Assembly: GCA_043826455.1 (NCBI GenBank)
Contig: JBDRQD010000057.1
Span: 30,462-94,461 of the forward strand
Origin: Candidatus Bathyarchaeota archaeon
Lineage (GTDB): Archaea; Thermoproteota; Bathyarchaeia; TCS64
Length of the DNA: 64,000 nt
Direction: 5' to 3'
Positions 48,368 to 58,152 of the stretch are shown here, piece by piece; the stretch's first letter is position 1; every line of letters begins with the position of its first letter. The translations under genes and the position numbers were made by a program. Under the pieces are notes generated by a model that made no database searches, had not been told where the DNA came from, and saw only the letters and a list, made by a program, of their open reading frames with translations.

Positions 48368-49960
48368 TTAAAACATAGCGTCTGTGGGGCGGCCCCTGAC
48401 GGCCCTTTCGGAGGCTATGGAGGTCACAGTCACCTCCATGACCTCTCCGGCGCTGCCCTCCGCGCCCTCCACCAGCACCACTGGCCCGTGCTTCATGGGG
48501 TAAGCCACCGTGAGGCGGGGGTCACGGTCGTAGGGCTCGGCCGTTACCACTCTTAGACGAGTTCCGACCGCGGCCTCCTTCCTGGCCCTGTTGGCTGCCC
48601 GGGCGGCCTCATAGATGCGACCGCTGAGCCGGTCCCTGGCGGCGGGTGGCCCCGAGGGGCAGTCCTGGAAGGCTGACCAGGGAAGGCTCATGAACCTGTA
48701 CAGGATGACACGCTCGGCTCCCTCCCTGGCTGCCTGCGTTATGGCGGCCACAGTCCTGTCCACGGTCTCCTCCGTCTGCCCAGGCAGCCCGTGGATGAAG
48801 TACACGTAAGGCTTGAGCCCGGCGCGCCTCAGCCTCCTGACGGCCCCGTGGCACTCGGCCGGGGTGTCGGGGCGCCCTACTAGGCGGCTGTGGTCGCTGC
48901 AGCCGGTCTCGAAGCCTATGCTGACGGGTGTCCCCTCCAGGTACCTGCCCAGGATGGTGGCGGCCCTCTCAGTCACCAGGGACGCCTTGATGTTCTCTAT
49001 CATGATGGAGACAGAGCCATCGGAGACCTCACCTATGGAGTATAGGGACCCGAACAGGCCCTCCAGGGCCTCGTAGTTGGGCTCCGGGCTGCGGGGGTCC
49101 GTGAGGGGCTCGGGGTCCACCAGACGGTCCCTGCCGTAGTCTAGGAACCCGGGGGCGCTCAGGACCATCCTGTGGACTCCGCGGCGGACCAACCCCTCCA
49201 CCTCCCCTTGGATCAGGTGTTCGGGCTTGCTTCTGGGGGGCCCGTAGAGGCTGGGGACGCTGCAGTACCCGCAACCCGGGGGTATCCCCACGGGGCAGTC
49301 GTACCGCTCCGTGAGCCCGCCGTCGGTGCACCTGTCGCACCCGGTGCACATGCCGCCCAGGGGCCCGGTTCTGGCCCTGTTGTAGTTGCTGCACCCCCGG
49401 ACAACCTCCACGTAGACCCTGGCCGCGTGGTGGAGCGGGTAGTCCTCTATGACCCTTGTGGAGGCAGGGTACTTCTCGAAGACTTCTCTGCCTTGGACCG
49501 GCCTCAGGGGGTTAACACTGACTTCCTCGCCTTGGGCGTAGGCAAGGCCCCTTATCTCCCCCAGTCTCTCAGGGTCGAGCCCCGCTTCAACGAGTTCGGA
49601 GAGGGCGGCCTCGCCCTCCCCCAGAATAGCCGCCAGCGCCCGCGTCCTGCCTAGAACCCGTTCAGGCTCGCTGGCCGCTGGGCCCCCCACGAGTATAGGG
49701 CCATCGTGGTGGGCGTGCCACAGCTTGGCGGCTCTCTGGATGGCCTTGAGGTCGCTGGTCATGCCGCTGATGAGGAGGAGGTCGTAGCCGTCCGGGTAGC
49801 TGCCGCTTTTCAGGAGCTCCTCCACGGGCAGGACCCTAGGCCTTAGGCCGTGGGCCTCCAGGACACCAGCCACGGCCCTGGGCCCGGCCCCTATCACGTC
49901 TCGAGTGGCTATCCGTTCTCCCTTCCCTGAGGCTAGGGCGTCCACGATGAGGGGCTTCAC
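48368..49960 (-). CDS. B12-binding/radical SAM/TRAM protein
   Basis: VGGP, EVVRGC...PPGCGYC, GFETG, GLPGQT, C-terminal TRAM-like strands. Confidence 0.82.
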   Translation of the reverse strand: MKPLIVDALASGKGERIATRDVIGAGPRAVAGVLEAHGLRPRVLPVEELLKSGSYPDGYDLLLISGMTSDLKAIQRAAKLWHAHHDGPILVGGPAASEPERVLGRTRALAAILGEGEAALSELVEAGLDPERLGEIRGLAYAQGEEVSVNPLRPVQGREVFEKYPASTRVIEDYPLHHAARVYVEVVRGCSNYNRARTGPLGGMCTGCDRCTDGGLTERYDCPVGIPPGCGYCSVPSLYGPPRSKPEHLIQGEVEGLVRRGVHRMVLSAPGFLDYGRDRLVDPEPLTDPRSPEPNYEALEGLFGSLYSIGEVSDGSVSIMIENIKASLVTERAATILGRYLEGTPVSIGFETGCSDHSRLVGRPDTPAECHGAVRRLRRAGLKPYVYFIHGLPGQTEETVDRTVAAITQAAREGAERVILYRFMSLPWSAFQDCPSGPPAARDRLSGRIYEAARAANRARKEAAVGTRLRVVTAEPYDRDPRLTVAYPMKHGPVVLVEGAEGSAGEVMEVTVTSIASERAVRGRPTDAMF

Positions 49961-50043
49961 GGTTCATCTGCTGGGCCGGGGCGACATAAAGGCTGCGGGG
50001 CAAGTGTGATTAATGGGGTGGCGATAATCTACCTGATCAAACC

Positions 50044-51075
50044 TTGGAGACGGTGACTGCGGCCATCATCGGTGCCGCATTCTTCAGCTTCGCCCTCAGC
50101 TACCTGCTGATACCCTACTTCATCAGGTACATGCACGCCGCGGGCATCGTGGGCAGGGACATCATGAAGCCGGGTAAGCCCAAGGTGGCGGACATGGGGG
50201 GCCCCGGCGTGGTGTCGGGTTTCCTCATGGGCGTCTTCTTCTACGTGGGGCTCAGCGTTCTTTACCCGCCCAGGACCAGCGGCATCATATACATCCTGGC
50301 GAGCCTGTGCACCATCCTCATAATCACCCTCATAGGCATCTTCGACACCCTGACGGCCCTCATGAAGAAGCGGGAGGGCGCAGAGGGATTCGAGCAGTAC
50401 AAGAAGATCGGGATACCCCGGTGGCTCTACTTCTTACTGCCGTTGCCGGCCGCGGTGCCCCTGATGGCTGTGAACGCTGGCGTTAGCCGCGTCACCTTTC
50501 CCTTCTTGGGGCGGGTGGAGCTGGGCCTCCTGTACCCGCTGGTGCTGGTGCCCCTGGCCGTGCTGTGCTGCAGCAACGCCACCAACTTCCTGGCCGGGTT
50601 CAACGGCCTGGAGGCCGGGATGGGCGCCGTGCTCCACCTGAGCCTGGGCGCCTACGCCTACGTGACTGGGCACCACAACGCGGCAATGCTGGCCTTCTGC
50701 TTCGCCGGCAGCCTCCTGGCTTTCCTCAGGTATAACTGGTACCCGGCAAGGGTGTTCCCCGGGGACCTGAACTACACCATAGGGGCTGTGGTGGCCTGCG
50801 TAACGGTCGTCGGCAACATGGAGAAGTTCGCCATCCTCTGCTTCACGCCGTACATCGCTGAGGCCCTGCTGAAGGCCTGGTCCAGGTTCGAGGCTGAGAG
50901 CTATGGGGTGCTCCAGCCGGATGGGACTGTGAAGCCCAGGGACGGTAAGGTGAGGGGGCTGACCCACCTGGTCATGAGTCTGGGCGAGTTCAATGAGAGG
51001 CAGGTGACGCTCATCCTGGTGGGGCTTGAGGCCGTGGTCTGCCTGGCGTCGTTCCTGGTGATCCAGTTCGTCTAG
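50044..51075 (+). CDS. Polyprenyl-phosphate GlcNAc-1-P transferase (AglH/GPT, GT4 MraY-like)
   Basis: GRDIMK, NATNFLAGFNGLE, YNWYPARVFPGD. Confidence 0.88.
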   Translation: METVTAAIIGAAFFSFALSYLLIPYFIRYMHAAGIVGRDIMKPGKPKVADMGGPGVVSGFLMGVFFYVGLSVLYPPRTSGIIYILASLCTILIITLIGIFDTLTALMKKREGAEGFEQYKKIGIPRWLYFLLPLPAAVPLMAVNAGVSRVTFPFLGRVELGLLYPLVLVPLAVLCCSNATNFLAGFNGLEAGMGAVLHLSLGAYAYVTGHHNAAMLAFCFAGSLLAFLRYNWYPARVFPGDLNYTIGAVVACVTVVGNMEKFAILCFTPYIAEALLKAWSRFEAESYGVLQPDGTVKPRDGKVRGLTHLVMSLGEFNERQVTLILVGLEAVVCLASFLVIQFV

Positions 51076-51119
51076 GTGAGCGTTTCCTTTATTTAGCTGG
51101 TGTCGGGTTGATACGTTGT

Positions 51120-51422
51120 ATGAGCTTCAGCGGTATGGACAGCAGGGAGCGGTCGGTGCTCCTGGTGGCCTTGGGCCTGGTGGCTGTGGTGTTCTTGGTC
51201 TCGGCCTACAGCTACCTGAACCCCCCTGAAAGGGTCTGGGAGGCTAAGGTGTTCGAGGTGTTCCATGAGGGCGGTAACACCATTGTTTACAGCTACGGAG
51301 CCGGGAAGCTGAAGCTAGAGGGCAATTACGAGTTTGAGGTGGGGGAGACCTACAGGGTCTACTACCGCTCCAGGACTCGTAACGCTGCCGAGTTCGACAT
51401 CAGGGTCGAGAAGATCAGCTAG
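51120..51422 (+). CDS. Hypothetical membrane-anchored protein
   Basis: N-terminal TM helix plus a small beta-rich domain. Confidence 0.65.
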   Translation: MSFSGMDSRERSVLLVALGLVAVVFLVSAYSYLNPPERVWEAKVFEVFHEGGNTIVYSYGAGKLKLEGNYEFEVGETYRVYYRSRTRNAAEFDIRVEKIS

Positions 51423-51438
51423 GCGCCTGGGTGGTTTT

Positions 51439-52203
51439 TTGAGGCGGCTCATGGATTCTCATGTTCACCTGGATGGCCTCGGGGACGCTGGGGCCGCCTT
51501 AGGTAAGGCCCGTATGGCGGGGGTGGACGGCGTCGTCGCCGTTGGTGGGAACCTGGAGTCCAGCGCCCGGGCCCTGGAGTTTGCTGATCTGCACCCCGGC
51601 TACGTTTTCCCGGCGATAGGCGTCCACCCAGCTGACGTTCTCAAGGTTGACCTGGCTGAGGCCCTGGCCTACGTGGAGGAGAACGCGTCGAGAGCGGTGG
51701 CCGTCGGCGAGATAGGGCTGGACTACGCCTACGGGTTCGCGAAGCCCCCGGAGGTCAGGGAGAGGATGAGGTCTCTGTACGATGAGCTGTTGGGGGTGGC
51801 CGAGGCTCATGGTCTGCCTGTGGCTGTTCACAGCCGGTCGGCCTACGGTGACGCGTTGGCCGGGCTCAGGGCCAGGGATGTGCCGGGGGCCGTTTTCCAC
51901 TGGTACGACGGGCCGGTCCATGTGCTGAGGGAGATTCTTGACACGGGGTACTACGTCTCGGCTACTCCGGCGGCCCGGTACAGCAGGGGCCACATGGAGG
52001 TGGTCATGGAGACGCCCCTGGAGAGGCTTCTGGTGGAGACGGACAGCCCGGTCTACATGCGGGACCTGGGGAGGATGAGTGAGCCGGCTGACGTGTTGCT
52101 CACCGTGGAGGCTGTCGCCGGGCTAAAGGGCGTGGAGTCGGGGGAGGTGGCCCGGGTATCTACCCGTAACGCGGAAACCTTATTTCGGTTGCCTGCGACC
52201 TAA
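51439..52203 (+). CDS. tatD: TatD family nuclease
   Basis: DSHVH, GVHP, GEIGLD, VHSR, ETDSP. Confidence 0.92.
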   Translation: MRRLMDSHVHLDGLGDAGAALGKARMAGVDGVVAVGGNLESSARALEFADLHPGYVFPAIGVHPADVLKVDLAEALAYVEENASRAVAVGEIGLDYAYGFAKPPEVRERMRSLYDELLGVAEAHGLPVAVHSRSAYGDALAGLRARDVPGAVFHWYDGPVHVLREILDTGYYVSATPAARYSRGHMEVVMETPLERLLVETDSPVYMRDLGRMSEPADVLLTVEAVAGLKGVESGEVARVSTRNAETLFRLPAT

Positions 52204-52209
52204 CCCCGG

Positions 52210-52959
52210 GTGAGGGTGTTGGAGTCCCGCAGGTACGTTTTCAGGCCTCTGAGTGGGCTGTACTTGGGGTTCCTCTTCCTTCTGCTGCTCATCGTGTGGC
52301 CGCTTCTGACGGTTTATTTCCGGGAGCTGTTAGTGGTTGAGCTTGGTCTGCCTCCGTGGGCCTTCGGGGTTGTGCTGTTCCTGAGCCTGGTGGGGAGCTA
52401 CATCAACGTCCCCGTGACGACGGTGGAGGCCGAGGTGCCCATCTACACTTACCGGGAGGTGCGGTTCTTTTTCGTTACTTGGAGGGTGCCCCAGGTGGAG
52501 ATGGGGGTGCGGAGGACGGTGATAACCCTGAATGTGGGGGGCGCCGTGGTGCCCATGTTGATCTCGGCTTACCTGGTGCTGTTCAGTATACCCGCGTGCT
52601 CGGTTGACGTGGTGTCCAGCTACGTGAAACTGCTTGCGGTGATGGCTGTGGTGGCCGTGACGACGCACAGGAGCAGCCGGATCGTGAAGGGTCTGGGGAT
52701 CGCTACGCCCATGCTGGGGCCGCCGGTCACTACGGCGTTGGTGACGCTGCTCATCGACCTGGTGAGCCCCATGAGCTGCCCTACCCAGATCGCTTACGTG
52801 GGGGGCACCATGGGGGCGCTGATTGGGGCGGACCTCATGAACCTGGGGAGGCTGCCTGAGGTGGGGGCGCCCATGGCCAGCATCGGGGGCGCGGGGACCT
52901 TCGACGGCATCTACCTGACGGGTATCATGTCTGTCCTCCTGGTGCTGCTGCTCATGTAA
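52210..52959 (+). CDS. DUF1614 family membrane protein
   Basis: GSYINVP, NVGGAVVP, GADLMNL, SIGGAGTFDGIYL. Confidence 0.88.
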   Translation: MRVLESRRYVFRPLSGLYLGFLFLLLLIVWPLLTVYFRELLVVELGLPPWAFGVVLFLSLVGSYINVPVTTVEAEVPIYTYREVRFFFVTWRVPQVEMGVRRTVITLNVGGAVVPMLISAYLVLFSIPACSVDVVSSYVKLLAVMAVVAVTTHRSSRIVKGLGIATPMLGPPVTTALVTLLIDLVSPMSCPTQIAYVGGTMGALIGADLMNLGRLPEVGAPMASIGGAGTFDGIYLTGIMSVLLVLLLM

Positions 52960-52996
52960 GGTAAGCCTCTTTAGCGCCGCACGTGCTCTGTCCCCT

Positions 52997-53425
52997 ATGC
53001 AGCGCGTCAGCTTCGAGGTGGTGGGTGACCCCGTGCCCAAGGCCAGAGCCAGGACCGTGCGTAAGGGGGGGCGTACCTGGAGCTTCACCCCAAAGAAGGT
53101 GGCCGAGTGGGAGAAGCTGGTGAAGGCCGAGGCCGAGAAGCACTTCACCGAACCCTTCACCGGCCCCGTGGCGTTGACCATAGGCTTCCACATGAGGCGG
53201 CCTAAGAGCAGGCGGAAGGAGAACTACGTGGAGACGACGCCTGATCTGGACAATCTGGAGAAGGCGGTGCTGGACGGATTGAACGGGGTGGCCTACGAGG
53301 ATGATAGGCTGGTGGTGGTGAAGAGCGCCGCGAAGCTGTATGTGAGGGTGGGGGAGCCTCGGGTGAGCGTGGTGGTGACGAGTCTGTTGAACCAGGCGTC
53401 CATGGACGGGTTTCTGGGGCGATAA
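52997..53425 (+). CDS. rusA: RusA family Holliday junction resolvase
   Basis: PVPKARAR, PDLDNLEKAVLDGL, YEDD. Confidence 0.88.
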   Translation: MQRVSFEVVGDPVPKARARTVRKGGRTWSFTPKKVAEWEKLVKAEAEKHFTEPFTGPVALTIGFHMRRPKSRRKENYVETTPDLDNLEKAVLDGLNGVAYEDDRLVVVKSAAKLYVRVGEPRVSVVVTSLLNQASMDGFLGR

Positions 53426-53460
53426 GGTTTTACTTGTGCCACGCTTTTTGTTGGGCGTGT

Positions 53461-53544
53461 GCAGGGGTAGCCAAGCGGACTACGGCGCCAGTCTTGAAAA
53501 CTGGTTCCCTCACGGGACCGTGGGTTCGAATCCCACTCCCTGCG
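53461..53544 (+). tRNA. tRNA-Ser(TGA)
   Basis: Cloverleaf: GCAGGGG/TCCCTGC acceptor, CCAGT-CTTGAAA-ACTGG anticodon arm, long variable arm, GTGGG-TTCGAAT-CCCAC, G73. Confidence 0.95.
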
Positions 53545-53605
53545 CCTAAACTTTTATTCCAAACCTATTTATTATAGTGGCTAAAAGTCTATAATTGAAG
53601 TAATT

Positions 53606-54919
53606 TTGCCCCGAAAAACGCGTTGGAAGCACCTCATAGAGACAGATGATGACTTTAGGAGATGGTATCAGAACCTCTCGCGCGGGAGCGTCAACACAGC
53701 GAAGCTGAACGCGCGAACCCTGTACCGTTTCTGCAGCATCACAGGCATGGTCCCAGCCCAGGTGGTTGAGAGGGCCAAGGACGATAGGCGTGGATTCGAG
53801 GACGTACTCCTCGACCTCGTCACCAGGCTCAGGGAGGAGGGAAAGGCACCAAGTTACATAGAGAATTATATTACGTGTGTGAAGAGTTGGCTTCAGTTCA
53901 ACGACGTGACCCTGGTGAGAAAGATCAAGATAGGGAACACAAACCACACACCCACCATCGAGAATGAGAGAGTCCCCATGAAGGAAGAGCTACGGCAAAT
54001 CCTGAATTACACAGGGGAACGCGGAAGATGCTCAATCTCCCTGATGGCTTTCAGCGGCCTCAGGCCCCAAGTCCTGGGAAACGGCACAGGCACCAACGGC
54101 CTGGAGATAAGAGACCTACCTGAGCTAGAGATCAATGGAAAAGAAGCCAACTTCAGCACCATACCCGCCATGGTCGTTGTTAGGCCTGAGCTTAGCAAGG
54201 CCAAGCACAAGTACTTCACCTTCCTCGGCCCTGAAGGATGCGAATATCTGAAGGCTTATTTAGAGAAGCGGCTGGCCTCCGGGGAGATGCTGGATCAAGA
54301 CTCAGCCATCATCACCTGCAAGGAAGGTTACCAGGAAACTGGTTACAGAGCTGCTCAGCGGGATAATCAGCATATAACAGTGAAGACTTTGACCAAGGAG
54401 ATCAGGGATGCCTTGCGTCCAAAGTACAGGTGGAGACCATACGGTCTCCGGGCCTACTTCGACACCCAGCTGCTGGTGGCCGAGAACAACGGCAAGATAG
54501 CCCACGCCTACCGCCAGTTCTTCATGGGCCACAAGGGCGACATTGAGGCAAGGTATACCACCAACAAGGGCAGGCTCCCCGAGAACGTCATAGAGGACAT
54601 GAGGGAAGCCTACCGGAAAAGCCTGGAGTACCTTGAGACAGGGAAGCAGGGCGTCTCGGAGGACAAGCTGAGGGACGCGCTGCGTCGCCAGCTGCTGCTG
54701 GTGGCTGGGTTCAGCGGCGAGGAGATCGATGATTTGGACCTGTCGATGGATGACACTGAGTTCCAGGAGACAGTGCGAAAAAAGCTTCTTGGTTCGATGG
54801 TTAATAACGGGAACAACCAGCGGGTCGTCAGCCTCGATGACGTTGAAGAGTACCTGTCCCGTGGCTGGAACTTCGTGGCCAGGCTGAATGACGAGAAAGC
54901 AATACTAAGACTACCTTAA
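53606..54919 (+). CDS. Tyrosine recombinase/integrase
   Basis: SGLRP (R), SKAK (K), YGLRAYF, MGHKG, RYT (Y). Confidence 0.9.
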   Translation: MPRKTRWKHLIETDDDFRRWYQNLSRGSVNTAKLNARTLYRFCSITGMVPAQVVERAKDDRRGFEDVLLDLVTRLREEGKAPSYIENYITCVKSWLQFNDVTLVRKIKIGNTNHTPTIENERVPMKEELRQILNYTGERGRCSISLMAFSGLRPQVLGNGTGTNGLEIRDLPELEINGKEANFSTIPAMVVVRPELSKAKHKYFTFLGPEGCEYLKAYLEKRLASGEMLDQDSAIITCKEGYQETGYRAAQRDNQHITVKTLTKEIRDALRPKYRWRPYGLRAYFDTQLLVAENNGKIAHAYRQFFMGHKGDIEARYTTNKGRLPENVIEDMREAYRKSLEYLETGKQGVSEDKLRDALRRQLLLVAGFSGEEIDDLDLSMDDTEFQETVRKKLLGSMVNNGNNQRVVSLDDVEEYLSRGWNFVARLNDEKAILRLP

Positions 54920-55221
54920 ACATATGATTAACAACCTAGTACTCGCAAAAAACAAGATATTAAATTATTTTAAAGGTAGCGGGGGATAGATCTATACAAG
55001 CGTTTAGACTGGCGAGTTCAGGATTGTAATAATTATAAAAAACTAAGATGGATTTCCTTTGAGAGAGTCAACCGCACAATAATATGAGCAAAGTGATTTA
55101 ACTTAACATACTCTTTTTTAGTTGATATACAATTTCTTCTTCGCGCGCGGGTTCTTATAGAAAGAACCTGACAAGGCCAAGGAACAAATTGAGGCCTTGG
55201 CTGTGCAGAATATAAAGTTGT

Positions 55222-55587
55222 TTGAGTTTGAAAAGACGCTGGAAGGAACTGATGATGAAAAGAAATTGCCAAAAATCGAGGCATATATTTTATAATCGAG
55301 AAGTCGAGGAATGGAGCCAACAAAAATTTACTATTAATACGGTAACTTTTAACAACGATAGGTATTCAATAAAAGAGAATATACATATTTTAGATGAAGA
55401 CAATAAGATTCTCTACCACAGCATACAGATTCAAAGATCTTATAAGACGCAAAAAGGAAAATGGCGATATTCAAACGAAAAGTTGAATATACCTGTAGAA
55501 TTTTTCAAAAAGTTTGTCTCGTCGCTTGGTCAAATCGATGTGGACAAGTTAATTGAGGAAATGAGCCAAAAGAAAGATGAAGGCTAA
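55222..55587 (+). CDS. Hypothetical protein, possibly PC4-like nucleic-acid binding
   Basis: IQIQRSYKTQKGKWRY...LNIP; start uncertain. Confidence 0.5.
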   Translation: MSLKRRWKELMMKRNCQKSRHIFYNREVEEWSQQKFTINTVTFNNDRYSIKENIHILDEDNKILYHSIQIQRSYKTQKGKWRYSNEKLNIPVEFFKKFVSSLGQIDVDKLIEEMSQKKDEG

Positions 55588-55744
55588 CCTAATCTGAATC
55601 AGATAATTCGGAGAAGTGACAATTATAGATTATGAATACAAGTAAACCTGTTTGATGTTACGCTCCGCGCGCCAGCGTGTTGCTCTTATGTTGAGGTTTC
55701 TCCTTCCTCGTCTTCTTCTCCTTCATTCCTGTTCTTAACGTTTC

Positions 55745-55885
55745 CCTTGACCCCGCCGGGGCCTCCCAGACGGCATTCTCTTATCCGCGGTCAAACCGTG
55801 TAGCCGCATTATGGCGTTCCGCCTGACGACACCACAATCTAAATTACGCGGTCCAGCCCGCAAGCAACAAGGTCGGGGTCACACA
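55745..55885 (-). ncRNA. Putative bridge/seekRNA of the IS1111-type element
   Basis: Closing stem TGACCCCG/CGGGGTCA; two loops with guides TGTTGCT/AATTTAG (target) and GCCAT/ATAAGAG (donor). Confidence 0.8.
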
Positions 55886-55897
55886 CACGTTCCAGAG

Positions 55898-56905
55898 TCA
55901 GATCACCCGGCACCGATGCACCGGATCCACCACACCCGGCCCGGGATGATGCGGCTCATTATTCCACAGCATCCAGTACACCGTCTTAAGCATCTTCCGG
56001 GCCGTCGCCATCACGGCCACCTGCTTGGGCTTCTTAGCAGCCAGACGCCCGTAGAACCGTGTCAGGTTCGTCTCGTGCCGCAGGTGAGCGTGCACCGCCT
56101 GGGTCAGCCCCCACCTGAGCCACCTGGAACCCTCCCGTGTGATGCCGCCATGGTGGGTGCTGCCTCCACTCCGCCTCACCGTGGGCACCAGGCCAGCGTA
56201 GCTGCACAGCTTCTGAGTCAGGGAACCGGCGCACATCGCCTATCTCGGAGACCAGCAGCAGCGCAATGTAGTAGCCGACGCTTGGGATGGTTGTGAGAAG
56301 CCTCGCACGGGGATTCTCGCCGCACATCCGCCTCAGGTCCAAAGACATCTTCGCGATCTGCCTGTCCAGGGTAGCCATTACTGGCATGACCTGGTCCACA
56401 GCCTCCAGCCCCAGGCCCCGCAGCAGCTCCCGCCCCTCCCTGCTCCAAAGGGGCCTCCCAGGCCTTATGGCGCGCTTGGCGAACTCCGCGTGGATCCTGT
56501 TCTTGAGCATGGTCCGCATACCCACCAGAAACGCCCTACGCCTCACCCGATCTCTGAGTTCACGAATATCTCGGGATGGCACGTATGACTCGGGTATAAG
56601 GTCAGCCCGCAGCAGGTGGGCCAGGGTCTCCGAGTCTAGTCGGTTTTCGCCCGAGCCTTGGCGATGGCCTTCACCTCCTTCGGGGGGGCGAGCTTCACGT
56701 GGTATCCCAAGCTCTCTAGCTGGTCGTATATGGGCTGCCAGCAGTAGCCTGCCTCCATGACCACCAAGGCCTCATCGAGGCCTTGCATGAACTCCTCAAG
56801 GCCTTGGTGGTCGTTTGTGAACTTGGCCTGTTTAGCCACTTTTCCCTTCTCGTCCATCACGGTTCCATAGCATACTTTCTTGTGGACGTCCAGTCCAACA
56901 TACAT
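55898..56905 (-). pseudogene. IS110 DEDD recombinase, two frameshifts (~56638, ~56215)
   Basis: GLDVHK, MEA, KTD..DS, TIPSVG, YAGLVP..RSG, ARK spread over three frames. Confidence 0.9.
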
Positions 56906-57041
56906 CAATCTGCTTCTCCTCCTATCCTATGGTATGGTTTAACCCATTTGAAAGAAGGAGAAACCCAACATGCCATCTAAATTCTCTGGGTTAACTCCTA
57001 CATGCAACAAATATCCGAGTATGGTTTAGACTCAGCTGAAG

Positions 57042-58026
57042 ATGGAGAAACATGAGGATGTAACATCCATCCTCTCCAAGCTCAACCTCCAAGACATAGA
57101 ACAGACCATCTCCCAACCATACCATGAGACAGGTCCAGGCAGGCCGCCCCAAAACCCGCTTGGCATCTTCAAGGCGTTGATTGTGAAGCAGCTTAGGCGT
57201 ATCCCCAGCGACAGGGAGCTCTACCGCCGGCTATGGAACGACGAGGCCCTCAGAGAGGACTGCGACATCGAGGAACGTGAGAACCCCTACCACCCATCCC
57301 AGCTCACCAGGTTCAGAAACAGGGTAGGAACAGAGAGGCTCGAGTGCATCATGGCCAGCCTCCTAGAGGAACTCGTTGAAGAAGGCGTCGTTAAAGGTGA
57401 GACCCTGGCCCTGGACGCCACCTTCATCAAGGCCTGGAGCAGGCGGGACCCAGCGGACGACAGCCGCGGCCTCTCTGACCCTGAGAGCCGCGTGGGAAGA
57501 GATGGCAAGATATATGATCTGGGCTACAAGGCTCACGTGGCTGTGGACGTCGAATCTGATATGTCGGTGGCCGCCGTCGTGGCTTCGGCTAACGAGAACG
57601 AGAAGAAGCACGCCGAGGAGCTCATAGAGAAGGCTTCGTTGGTGGTTGAGGAGGTTAAGAACGTTGTTGCGGACAGCCAGTACAGCAGCGAGAAGGTTAG
57701 AGGCTTCGTCGAGGAGCTTGGGGCTGAGCCTGTGATTCCTTACATGTCTAACCAGAAGCGTGGTGAAGAGGTGCTTAGGGTTGACAGGTTCTTCAGGGTC
57801 AGTGGGCCGGAGGAGGAGAGGAGGATCTACGGGTTGGGGAGGGCGTCTGTTGAGAGAGTGAACTCCAGGCTAGATCTGGTGGGCTTGGGTGGCCTTAAGC
57901 TAAGAGGTTTGAAGAATGTCGCGGTTCACGTGTTGCTGTTTAATCGTGATGCTGATTGTGGCTGTGACTGCTGTTCGGCTTGGTAGGTCCTGGAAGGCTA
58001 GATCATTGTCTTCGTTCTGGTGGTGA
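57042..58026 (+). pseudogene. IS5/IS1182-like DDE transposase, frameshift near the C-terminus (~57938)
   Basis: GPGRP, LDAT, GYKAH, ADSQY, RASVER; tail LIVMLIVAV...FWW* in another frame. Confidence 0.8.
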
Positions 58027-58152
58027 GGAGGTTGATTTAAACATGTAATTTGGCAACACGCTGGCGCGCATCCTTGCGCCTATGTACTCGCTAGCCCCTG
58101 TAATCAAGATCTTCAATGCGATTACCTACTTTTCACATGTAGTCAACATGCA

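Larger units (their letters stand above)
55685..56978 (-). mobile_element. IS110 family, IS1111-type element
   Basis: Sub-terminal IRs ATGTTG(A)GGTTTCTCCTTC at 55688-55706 and 56954-56971, set 3 nt and 7 nt from the ends; CT core at 55683-84 and 56977-78. Confidence 0.88.
55673..58063 (+). mobile_element. IS5/IS1182-like DDE insertion sequence with GCGCGC flanks; left TIR interrupted by an IS110 element
   Basis: CAGCGTGTTGC (55673-55683) / GCAACACGCTG (58053-58063); GCGCGC at 55667-55672 and 58064-58069. Confidence 0.85.

Noticed and set aside
53461..53544. tRNA body looks Leu-like (GCAGGGGTAGCCAAG), suggesting recoding
   Set aside because: Anticodon TGA, G73 and one unpaired base 3' of the variable stem all fit tRNA-Ser
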